A stretch of DNA of 64,000 bases, taken from a virus. Taxonomy: Duplodnaviria; Caudoviricetes. Below the pieces are notes generated by a model. That model was not told where the DNA came from, did not search any database, and saw only the letters and a list, made by a program, of their open reading frames with translations. This document shows positions 55,989 through 64,000 of this stretch, one piece after another (the first letter of the stretch is position 1; every line of letters starts with the position of its first letter). A program made the translations under genes and the position numbers. Location: positions 32,001 to 96,000 of the IMG/VR virus record IMGVR_UViG_3300028888_000063; one strand, given 5' to 3'.

Positions 55989-57965
55989 CTATTTATCAAG
56001 TAGTTCCGCAATCAAAGCAGCGAAATCTTTTTCAGATAAAATTGGAATACCGAGTTTTTTAGCGGTTACATTTTTTTGCGTAGTAGATTCTGTGTCATTG
56101 TTAATAAGATAATTTGTTTTACTTGTTACGCTGCCAGTGACCTTTCCACCAAGCGACTCTATATATTCTTTTAATGCGTCTCTATTTTTCCATTGAGTCA
56201 CTTTACCTGTGATACAAAACTGCAATCCATCTAGGCCAGTTTGTGCGGGGGCAGCTGCCGCCGCATAATTTAAATATTTTACCACTTTATCCATAATAGT
56301 AAAATTATAATTATGAATATTTTTATCCATTACATAACCAAAATCAGGTAAATGACTAAAATCAACATTTTGATCTATTGCTTCTCGAAACGCTTCCCAT
56401 ATCTTATAATAATTAGCAATAGTTTTAGAAGCTGTTATTCCAATTTCTGGAATACCTGCCGCAGCGATAATTCTCCACAATTCTGTATTTCTACTATTTT
56501 CTATTGAATTTAAAATTTTATCTACTGAAGCAACACCAAATCCAGGTTTTTTAATCCATTCATTTCTGTGATCCTTAAGAGTAAATATGTTATCAAAATC
56601 TTGCAGCCATTCCCAATCTAACAATTTCTCTAAGGTGGCTTTAGATAATCCTTTGATATCTAGCCCTTTTTTCCCGCAAAAATGTTCAAATTGATTAATA
56701 ATTTTACCATCGCAATTAGGATTGGTACAATAGCAAATAGTAGCTATTCCATCTTGCTTAAATTCAACTGGTTCTCCGCAAATGGGGCAAGTAGTAATTT
56801 GATCAACAAGAATTTTATTCTCTGCATAAATTTCATCTAGAGTTTTATAGGGTCCCGCGCTATATATTTGAGGGATAATTTGATTAGCTTTATAAATCTC
56901 TAAAGGTTCATTTTTATACGCGCAAGGCCCAAGAGTGTCATGCATAATACTAACATTATGTAATGAAGCTCTTTCTACTATTGTTCCATCAATTTCAATA
57001 GGTTCAAAAACGGCGGTAGGGGTTAGCTGGCCAGTTCTGCCCATTGTCCAATCAATAGTCTTTAAAATACTCCAATATGTTTCATCATAAAATTTATAAG
57101 CCAATCCACCATTAAAATGATGAGAAGTTGCACCCAGAGATTGATAATAGTTACAGTCATTAAATTTAAAAACTAACCCATCAATAGGATAAGATAGAAT
57201 TTCAGCAGTTTCTTTTAAAGTTGTTATAACTTTATTAATTTCTTCTTCACTTGACGTAGGGCAACTCCAATTTGGGACAGCTATAAAACCTAATCCAGAT
57301 AAAATACCTAATTTTTCAGATAAATAGTTAGTTGCTCCATCTAACCCTTTAATACAATCCCACGCCACAAACGTGAGTTTTCTTTTTGCACTTTCCATAC
57401 TATCCAAGAGACGTATAGAACCGCTGGCAAAGTTACGGGGATTTTTGTAAATGCTACTAAACTCTTCAAAATCTTCATATGTACAAATAATCTCACCATC
57501 AATAATAATTTCTTGATGAAAGTTTTTTGGCAAAGATAGGGGAACACCTTTAACATGTTTGATATTATGAGTAATATCTTCTCCAACATATCCATTCCCG
57601 CGCGTTTCCGCACTTACTAATATTCCATTATCATATCGTATAGAACAAGTAAGACCATCCATTTTAGCCATCGCTAAAGAAGGCCGATTATTTAAAAAAT
57701 TAATTATATCTTTAACTTCTTTTGTCTTATTTAAAGATAACATTGGATGATTATGCTCTACTTTAGGAAGGGAAGATACTGTTTCAAAATAAATACCTTT
57801 AAGTGGAGAATTTGGATCTTGTTCTCCACTTATCCGTTCATATTCAGCAACTTTGAAATATAAATCATCCCATTGCTTATCACTTACTACCGGAGTCCCT
57901 GCATCATATGCGGCAGTCCAACTATTTAATTGTTCAACTGATTTTATATACTCTTCATGAGTCAT
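55989..57965 (-). CDS. ligA: NAD-dependent DNA ligase
   Basis: HPMLSL, KMDGL, TRGNG, NPRN, DGLVFK, GRTG, Zn finger, BRCT (ITG...SVTSKTNYLI). Confidence 0.96.
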   Translation of the reverse strand: MTHEEYIKSVEQLNSWTAAYDAGTPVVSDKQWDDLYFKVAEYERISGEQDPNSPLKGIYFETVSSLPKVEHNHPMLSLNKTKEVKDIINFLNNRPSLAMAKMDGLTCSIRYDNGILVSAETRGNGYVGEDITHNIKHVKGVPLSLPKNFHQEIIIDGEIICTYEDFEEFSSIYKNPRNFASGSIRLLDSMESAKRKLTFVAWDCIKGLDGATNYLSEKLGILSGLGFIAVPNWSCPTSSEEEINKVITTLKETAEILSYPIDGLVFKFNDCNYYQSLGATSHHFNGGLAYKFYDETYWSILKTIDWTMGRTGQLTPTAVFEPIEIDGTIVERASLHNVSIMHDTLGPCAYKNEPLEIYKANQIIPQIYSAGPYKTLDEIYAENKILVDQITTCPICGEPVEFKQDGIATICYCTNPNCDGKIINQFEHFCGKKGLDIKGLSKATLEKLLDWEWLQDFDNIFTLKDHRNEWIKKPGFGVASVDKILNSIENSRNTELWRIIAAAGIPEIGITASKTIANYYKIWEAFREAIDQNVDFSHLPDFGYVMDKNIHNYNFTIMDKVVKYLNYAAAAAPAQTGLDGLQFCITGKVTQWKNRDALKEYIESLGGKVTGSVTSKTNYLINNDTESTTQKNVTAKKLGIPILSEKDFAALIAELLDK

Positions 57966-60316
57966 AATTTTACCGCTCCAATAATTTTGCTATTTTGAAT
58001 CATAACATTACCAACCATGATTCTATTTCCTACTGGTATTTCTTTAGCAGAAATACAAATAGAATTAGGTTTTCCGATTAATAGAACCTGATCATCTGAT
58101 TTTAACATCACTGCCGCCACAATATTTCCTGTAGCAAGAGATGGTTTATAAGTATAAATACCTTTTCCGCCCCTTAATTGAATTGGGTAGTCTTGGATAG
58201 AAGTCATCTTACCTAAACCTTTTTCAGTAAAGATCGCTAAATATTCCCGATTCCCTATAGGTGTCCCTATAATGACTTCATCATCTTCATCTAATTTAAT
58301 TGCGCGGACTCCGCTTGCAATTCTACCAACAGGAGTTATTAATTTTGTATCAAAATGAATAGAATAGCCATTTTTAGTTACAACTAATACTTCTTCATCT
58401 TTTACAAAAGTCACATTAACTAATTCATCATCTTCTTTAAACTTAATAGCTTGAATTCCCGTTGATTTTTTAGTGTCTTTATATTCATCTAACTTAGTTT
58501 TTTTAATTAATCCATTTTTAGTAAAGAACAATACATATTCTGCATTTGTATCTCGATAAAGAGAAGAAACTGCACAAATATTTTCATTCGGCTCAAAATT
58601 ACAAAGAGAAGTAATATTTGTGCCACGAGAAGCGTTAGTTCCTACCGGTATTTTATCTACCAAAACGCGATATAATTTTCCTTTATTAGTAAAAACCATC
58701 AATGTGTCAATAGTATTAGTGCTAATAGTATCTAATACTACATCATCAATTGTTTTTACACCTTTTCCTGCACGATTTTGTGATTTAAAAAGGTGCTTTG
58801 GAATACGTTTTACATCTCCAGTTTTACTTACAACTACAACTACATCTTCTGGAACAACTTCCTCAATTTCTTTTTTCTTAGGATCAAGATCAATATGCAT
58901 TACTTGAGTCTTTCGAGGCTTACCATATTTTTTAACTAAGCTATTTAATCTATCCAAGAAAATAGACGTTTGAATATTATCTTTATTAGCAATAATATTG
59001 TTGCAATTTTCAATAGTGGATGTAAGTTCGTTCAACTCATTTTGTAATTCAATACCCTCTAAATGAGCCAACCGGCCAAGTTTCATATCAACAATTGCTT
59101 TAGCTTGATTTTCTGTAAAATTATATGTTTTCTGTAAAGCAACCCGCGCGGCCGCCGCACTTTCACTGGATTTAATTAATGCAATTATTTCATCGATAGT
59201 TGCTAAAGCTTTAATTAAACCTTTAACTATTTCTTCTCTTGATTTGGCTTTATTAAGATCAAATTCTGCTTCTCTTTTAATGCAATCCATATTATGCTTA
59301 ATATAGATTTCAAAATATTGTTTTAAATTTAGCAGAATAGGAGTTTTCCCAACCAATGCAAACTGATTAGCACTATAAGATTTCTGTAGATCTGTATTAC
59401 TAAAAAGTTGATTTAAAATAACTCCAGGATTATTATCACATTCAACTTCAACTAAAATACCATTCTTTTGGCTACTTCTATTGTAAATATTATCAATACC
59501 ATCAATGGTGCCATCTGAAATAAGTTTTTTAACTGATTCCATCCAAGGCTCAATATATACTTGATATGGAAATTCAGTAATAAAAATACTATTACCTTTT
59601 ATCTCTGTTTTTGCGCGGAGAATTACTTTTCCTTTACCTGTTTCATATATAGCATGCAGATCTTTTTGATTAATAATTATTCCGCCTGAAGGAAAATCAG
59701 GAGCCAAATCTGTAAGGTTACAGGAACCTGTTGAAACGTACTCTTTTATCTTAGCTTCTATTTCGCTAAGATTATGTGGGAGCCATACATTGGCAATTGT
59801 TACGCCAATACCCTGGCATCCATTTATCATTAATCTAGGTAAAACTGCGGGGAGTACTTCTGGCCATTCTGCATCTTCACTAAAGTTTTTAATCATAGGA
59901 ACATTATGTTTTTTAATTCCTACGAACATTCCTTCTTCAGTAACTTTAGCTAAACGTGCTTCAGTATAACGTGCGGCAGCTGCTTCGCCTGAAATAATCT
60001 GGGATCCATTTGCACCATGCCAGTCTACTTCCGGGATATTATTAATCCAAGGTTGACTCATTCTAGCAAATGTATCATAAATAGCTACGTCTCCGTGAGG
60101 CCACCAATTAGCTATTACACCGCCACTAATTTTAGCACTCTTTACGTGTGGCTTGGAACTTGTATATCCTTTATCATACATTTCCCACAAGCAGGCTCTC
60201 TGGCCTGGTTTTAAACCATCTCTTGCATCGGCAAAAGCACGCTGTGAGTTAGCTTCATATGCAAAATCTATAAAATTTTGATGTAATTCTTGAGTAAGTT
60301 CAACTGTTTTATTCAT
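57962..60316 (-). CDS. gyrA: DNA gyrase/type II topoisomerase subunit A
   Basis: DGLKPGQR, PHGD, AAARYTEARL; beta-pinwheel CTD with QNRAGKG box. Confidence 0.93.
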   Translation of the reverse strand: MNKTVELTQELHQNFIDFAYEANSQRAFADARDGLKPGQRACLWEMYDKGYTSSKPHVKSAKISGGVIANWWPHGDVAIYDTFARMSQPWINNIPEVDWHGANGSQIISGEAAAARYTEARLAKVTEEGMFVGIKKHNVPMIKNFSEDAEWPEVLPAVLPRLMINGCQGIGVTIANVWLPHNLSEIEAKIKEYVSTGSCNLTDLAPDFPSGGIIINQKDLHAIYETGKGKVILRAKTEIKGNSIFITEFPYQVYIEPWMESVKKLISDGTIDGIDNIYNRSSQKNGILVEVECDNNPGVILNQLFSNTDLQKSYSANQFALVGKTPILLNLKQYFEIYIKHNMDCIKREAEFDLNKAKSREEIVKGLIKALATIDEIIALIKSSESAAAARVALQKTYNFTENQAKAIVDMKLGRLAHLEGIELQNELNELTSTIENCNNIIANKDNIQTSIFLDRLNSLVKKYGKPRKTQVMHIDLDPKKKEIEEVVPEDVVVVVSKTGDVKRIPKHLFKSQNRAGKGVKTIDDVVLDTISTNTIDTLMVFTNKGKLYRVLVDKIPVGTNASRGTNITSLCNFEPNENICAVSSLYRDTNAEYVLFFTKNGLIKKTKLDEYKDTKKSTGIQAIKFKEDDELVNVTFVKDEEVLVVTKNGYSIHFDTKLITPVGRIASGVRAIKLDEDDEVIIGTPIGNREYLAIFTEKGLGKMTSIQDYPIQLRGGKGIYTYKPSLATGNIVAAVMLKSDDQVLLIGKPNSICISAKEIPVGNRIMVGNVMIQNSKIIGAVKL

Positions 60317-62228
60317 TAGCTTCCTCCGCGTGTTTTAATAGATAGGCTCTGCGTGGCGGAACACTTGGTCCCATGAGACATTCCATAAGCTGTGCCGCCG
60401 CATTTTCATCAGATACTATAACCTGTGAAATATTCCGTGTGTTAGGATCAATTAAGCACTGATGTAATTCATGAGCATCTTGTTCACCAAGACCTTTATT
60501 TCGATTAACTAGATAAGATTCACCTTTATGTTTAGCTTTATACTCCTCAAGAGCCGCCGCATCTGTTAAAAAGATATATTCATTCTTTTTTGTAGTAATC
60601 CTAAATAATGGCGGGAGAGTGGAATAAATATGCCCATTGGTGACTAATTCTGGGCACAACCACCAAAAGAATTCTAGAAGTAAATTTTTAATAGACTGAC
60701 CATCAGGATCTCCATCTGCACACAGTAAAATTTTTCCATACCTTAATTTAGATTTATCATAAATTAATTTGCCTGTTTTTTTATCGACATCTAAACCTAA
60801 GGCTTTAATAATGTTTACAACCTCGGCATTAGCAAAAATCTTTTCAGGACTATTTTTATAACAAGCAATGATTTTACCCCTGATTGGGAAAATTGCCTGG
60901 ATATCAGGATCTCTTGCTTCAACTAGACCCGATGCTGCGCTATCACCCTCGGCTATAAGCAATTCACAAGCTAATCTATTTTTACCATTAGCATCTACAA
61001 GTTTTGTAGGAAGATTGAGTAATTTTTTCTTCTCTTTTTTACCTACTCCTCTTGCTGCATCTCTGGCTTTTTTTGCTGCTTCTCTTGCTTTCCGTGCGGC
61101 CGCCGCCTTCTCAAAAATTGATTTAATTTCTTTCTCATTATTATTCAACCAATACTGAAGATTTTCAGCTAAAGCTGTTGAAAAAGGAGTCATATCAATT
61201 TTTGTAATTCTAGATTTAACTTGTGCATCGTATCCAATGTTAGGTGCCGTAATATTAAAAATAATATACATTCCTTCTTGAATATCATCACCAGTTAAAT
61301 TTTCATCCTTATCTTTAAGCCACTTTTTATCTTTAAAGAATTTATTAAACTCACGAGTAATAATTGTTTTAACTTGTGTAATATGCTGGCCAGATTCTGT
61401 TAGACCAGTGTTAACATAAGGGACAATAGTAGAAGAATACATAGAAGTGTATGTTAATACCATATCCATTCTATTTTTTCCTTGTACGAACCGCATATTA
61501 AATCTATTTTTAATAAGTTCTTTATTTTCTACTGCTTTGTCTACTAAATCATTTATTCCTTTTGAAGATACATAAGTAACTTTATCATTTTTATCATATA
61601 AATTAATAGTTAAACCAGGACAAAGAGCAGTAATAGTTTCACATAAATTTTTAACTTTATTAATTTCTACTTCTGGATGTGTGAAAAATTCTTCGCTAGG
61701 TTGCCATTTAACAATTGTTCCAGTAGTATCTTTACTAATTTTCATATCTACTGGATCAATTTTTCCACCATCGTGATGGCTGATTTCACCCTCGACAAAA
61801 TAAACTTCTTCCCACTCTCCATCTCTATATGTAATTACATCTAACCAATGAGAAAGATAAGTAGTGATTTTAGATCCAATACCAAAGGATCCTAGCGAAG
61901 TACCCTCATAAGTTCCATCTTCTCTATATTTACCTGAAGTATTTAAGACACTAAATGCAGCTTCAAGAATAGTTTTTCCATCTTCTCTATAAGAGTTAGG
62001 AATAAATCCCTGACCAAAATCTTGCACACTAATAATATTATTATCTTCAATTTTAATATCAATAATATTTCCATGTCCAAGATTAAATTCATCAATAGCA
62101 TTTGATAAGATCTCTACTAAAAGTTGTGTAGAATAAGTCGTATCACCACAATATACTCCAGGTCTAAGACGTGTGAATTCAAGAGGAGATAATGACTCAA
62201 TACTATCTTTTGTATATAATTTATCCAT
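60309..62228 (-). CDS. gyrB: DNA gyrase/type II topoisomerase subunit B
   Basis: RPGVY, EILSNAIDE, AEGDSA, PIRGK, DGDPDG, RNKGLGE. Confidence 0.95.
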   Translation of the reverse strand: MDKLYTKDSIESLSPLEFTRLRPGVYCGDTTYSTQLLVEILSNAIDEFNLGHGNIIDIKIEDNNIISVQDFGQGFIPNSYREDGKTILEAAFSVLNTSGKYREDGTYEGTSLGSFGIGSKITTYLSHWLDVITYRDGEWEEVYFVEGEISHHDGGKIDPVDMKISKDTTGTIVKWQPSEEFFTHPEVEINKVKNLCETITALCPGLTINLYDKNDKVTYVSSKGINDLVDKAVENKELIKNRFNMRFVQGKNRMDMVLTYTSMYSSTIVPYVNTGLTESGQHITQVKTIITREFNKFFKDKKWLKDKDENLTGDDIQEGMYIIFNITAPNIGYDAQVKSRITKIDMTPFSTALAENLQYWLNNNEKEIKSIFEKAAAARKAREAAKKARDAARGVGKKEKKKLLNLPTKLVDANGKNRLACELLIAEGDSAASGLVEARDPDIQAIFPIRGKIIACYKNSPEKIFANAEVVNIIKALGLDVDKKTGKLIYDKSKLRYGKILLCADGDPDGQSIKNLLLEFFWWLCPELVTNGHIYSTLPPLFRITTKKNEYIFLTDAAALEEYKAKHKGESYLVNRNKGLGEQDAHELHQCLIDPNTRNISQVIVSDENAAAQLMECLMGPSVPPRRAYLLKHAEEANE

Positions 62229-62289
62229 AAATTAAATCACCCTTCATAACCTACTTAACTTCTTTTCCCCTTTCTCATTCATTTTTTAT

Positions 62290-62318
62290 ATTATATCATA
62301 TATTTTTTCGCTTGTCAA
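62290..62318 (-). promoter_or_regulatory. sigmaA promoter for gyrB operon
   Basis: TTGACA-17 bp-TATAAT with TG. Confidence 0.8.
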
Positions 62319-62357
62319 GATTTGGGAAAAATCCTGGCTAAAAATCATCGCAAAATA

Positions 62358-62390
62358 GAAAAATCGGTAAGGCAATTAAGCCTTACCGAT
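62358..62390 (-). terminator. Intrinsic terminator after lysin
   Basis: atcggtaaggc-aattaa-gccttaccgat with T-run on the minus strand. Confidence 0.8.
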
Positions 62391-64000
62391 ATATTGAGCT
62401 GACACATATCCTTCTAAGGAATCATTAATTTTAACATGATACCATAGATCATTGTCAGTGCCATTTACAGTTTCAAGAATTGTGACTTTAGTACCTTGTT
62501 TAAGTTTAGTAACTAAACTATAAAAAATTCCGGGTTGAGATCGTACATTTAATAATTTAGCATTAACTATTCCTACGTCTGGGGCGGGGGTCGCAGTGGT
62601 TTGAGGACTAGTAAATTTACCATACCCTAAATTCGTTGTTGCGTGTTGATAATCATTTAAAATAATATCTCCAGGGACAAGATAATCAAAACCAATTAGA
62701 TATTGTGGATCAGTTAATACCTGGAAACCTGCATTACTATAAGCTGCGCGCATTGCAGTAGTAGAGTATACATCAATTTGTTGTAATGCGGGGAGATCTA
62801 ATAAATAACCTACAGCTTTAGTGTTAGCAACGATTCCATTAGAACAATCTGCTTCGCAATCTATTCCAATATTTTTTGGGTAATAACCAGATTTTCTTAA
62901 AGCGTCCCAATAAGTCCTATTTTGTGATTGATCATAACCTATATGATCATTTTGTGCTGCCTCAATAGCCAATTGAGCTAATAACTCTCGGACTTTAGGA
63001 TTAGGATGGCGTAAAATACATTGCCAACCTTGGTTATACCAATTCATAATACGCCATTCTTGGCCAGTTTGGTCACCAGCTATACCGCCAGAATATCTCC
63101 CATTTTCATCTTTACCACAGTTAGAAATTTTACCATAATATTGATCAAAATTAATTCCAGAAGAAACATTAGCGACTTGTTGTGCGGGCGTCGCAGCTTG
63201 TTTTATAATGTAACAGTTGTTCATATCTACATTAGTAGAAATTCCAGGAACTTGGCCTTTATCTGTCCATTGATGGTATGCACCTGCGCGCATTGGAGTT
63301 CCGCCGCCATTATAGTGTGCTACCCAATATACATATTGCTTTAACAGAGCGGGATCATACATTGTATTATAGTAATCTAAATTACTATAAATACCTGCTA
63401 TATAACCTTGTTGTTGAATATAATTACAGAAAATTTTTGAGAATTCTATACATTCATTCTTTCCTAAGGTTACTCCTCTGCTCTTGGCGCGAGCTACTGT
63501 ATCATATTCAAAATCAAAGAATATTATAGTGTTTTTCCCAAGTCTTGCTTGTTTTACATGATTAATACATGCTTGTGCTTCAGCTATAACTTCATTGACG
63601 CTAATGGAATAGCAGAAATGATATACTCCATGGATAGGTAAATTGGCGCTTTGTGCGCCTGTGCAATATTCAAAGAATCTATCATCGGCGGAAGTCCCAT
63701 ACCCTTCTCGGATAATTACAAAATCAATACCAGATTGTTTTACTTGATTAAAATTAACATTACCTTGCCATGTAGAAATATCTATCCCTCGTGCGGTAAT
63801 TTCTGTGCCAACTTTAATTTTTGCGGCGGTACTAGATATAGTTGTATGACTTAATTCTTCTATTAAATCACTAGATATAGTGGTCCCGCTAACTCTTAAA
63901 TTAACTACGCTTTGAACTGCCGCATAATTAAAACCTGCCGCTTGGATTCTGGCTTTACGATCAGCGCCATTCCCCCATTTGCCATCTAATACCTCTTGAG
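62376..64000 (-). CDS. Multi-domain endolysin (5'-truncated): CW_7 + GH25 muramidase + CHAP/NlpC-like domain + SH3b
   Basis: Hand translation shows the frame open from 63998: EVLDGKWGNGADRK (CW_7), GIDISTWQG...FFDFEYD (GH25), GYDQ...ADCS...GDIIL..H, LNVRSQPG (SH3b). Confidence 0.9.
   Translation of the reverse strand, partial: QEVLDGKWGNGADRKARIQAAGFNYAAVQSVVNLRVSGTTISSDLIEELSHTTISSTAAKIKVGTEITARGIDISTWQGNVNFNQVKQSGIDFVIIREGYGTSADDRFFEYCTGAQSANLPIHGVYHFCYSISVNEVIAEAQACINHVKQARLGKNTIIFFDFEYDTVARAKSRGVTLGKNECIEFSKIFCNYIQQQGYIAGIYSNLDYYNTMYDPALLKQYVYWVAHYNGGGTPMRAGAYHQWTDKGQVPGISTNVDMNNCYIIKQAATPAQQVANVSSGINFDQYYGKISNCGKDENGRYSGGIAGDQTGQEWRIMNWYNQGWQCILRHPNPKVRELLAQLAIEAAQNDHIGYDQSQNRTYWDALRKSGYYPKNIGIDCEADCSNGIVANTKAVGYLLDLPALQQIDVYSTTAMRAAYSNAGFQVLTDPQYLIGFDYLVPGDIILNDYQHATTNLGYGKFTSPQTTATPAPDVGIVNAKLLNVRSQPGIFYSLVTKLKQGTKVTILETVNGTDNDLWYHVKINDSLEGYVSAQYIGKA

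Noticed and set aside
1-64000. Stop-codon reassignment
   Set aside because: Conserved genes are full-length in the standard code; TAA, TGA and TAG all end genes.
1-64000. CRISPR arrays, tRNA or rRNA genes
   Set aside because: No repeat-spacer periodicity or cloverleaf seen by eye; intergenic gaps are short. A tRNAscan/Infernal run would be needed to exclude them fully.

Overview
AT-rich 64-kb segment of a large tailed bacteriophage. The host is probably a Firmicute/Clostridia-type anaerobe (inferred from sigmaA-type promoters, strong SD sites, XkdX-like gene, NrdDG and a CW_7/GH25 lysin). 1-28 kb (+ strand) is a tail module: a tape-measure protein with an embedded Hint domain, baseplate/tail proteins, a holin-like gene, a tail fibre, a tyrosine recombinase, fibre chaperones and a five-gene module of unknown function. 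28-64 kb (mainly - strand) covers replication and nucleotide metabolism: RuvC, dUTPase, NrdDG, guanylate kinase, DnaE, RecD-like helicase, RecJ, primase, DnaB, Sak4/SSB, uracil permease, deoxyribosyltransferase, NAD ligase, GyrA/B, three free-standing endonucleases and a multi-domain endolysin running off the window. The main finding is a split tail-fibre shufflon (22.7-30.8 kb). A conserved TTNATTAAATAGTAA site, read as Leu-Asn-Ser, sits inside the tail-fibre gene and at the head of three start-less, in-frame alternative C-terminal cassettes, one of them an SGNH esterase. The two cassette pairs are separated by about 5 kb containing the recombinase and passenger genes. Also notable: a non-splicing Hint domain in the tape measure, a probable CTG start for primase, and a candidate phage-specific promoter motif. 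All product calls come from motif recognition only; no database searches were run.
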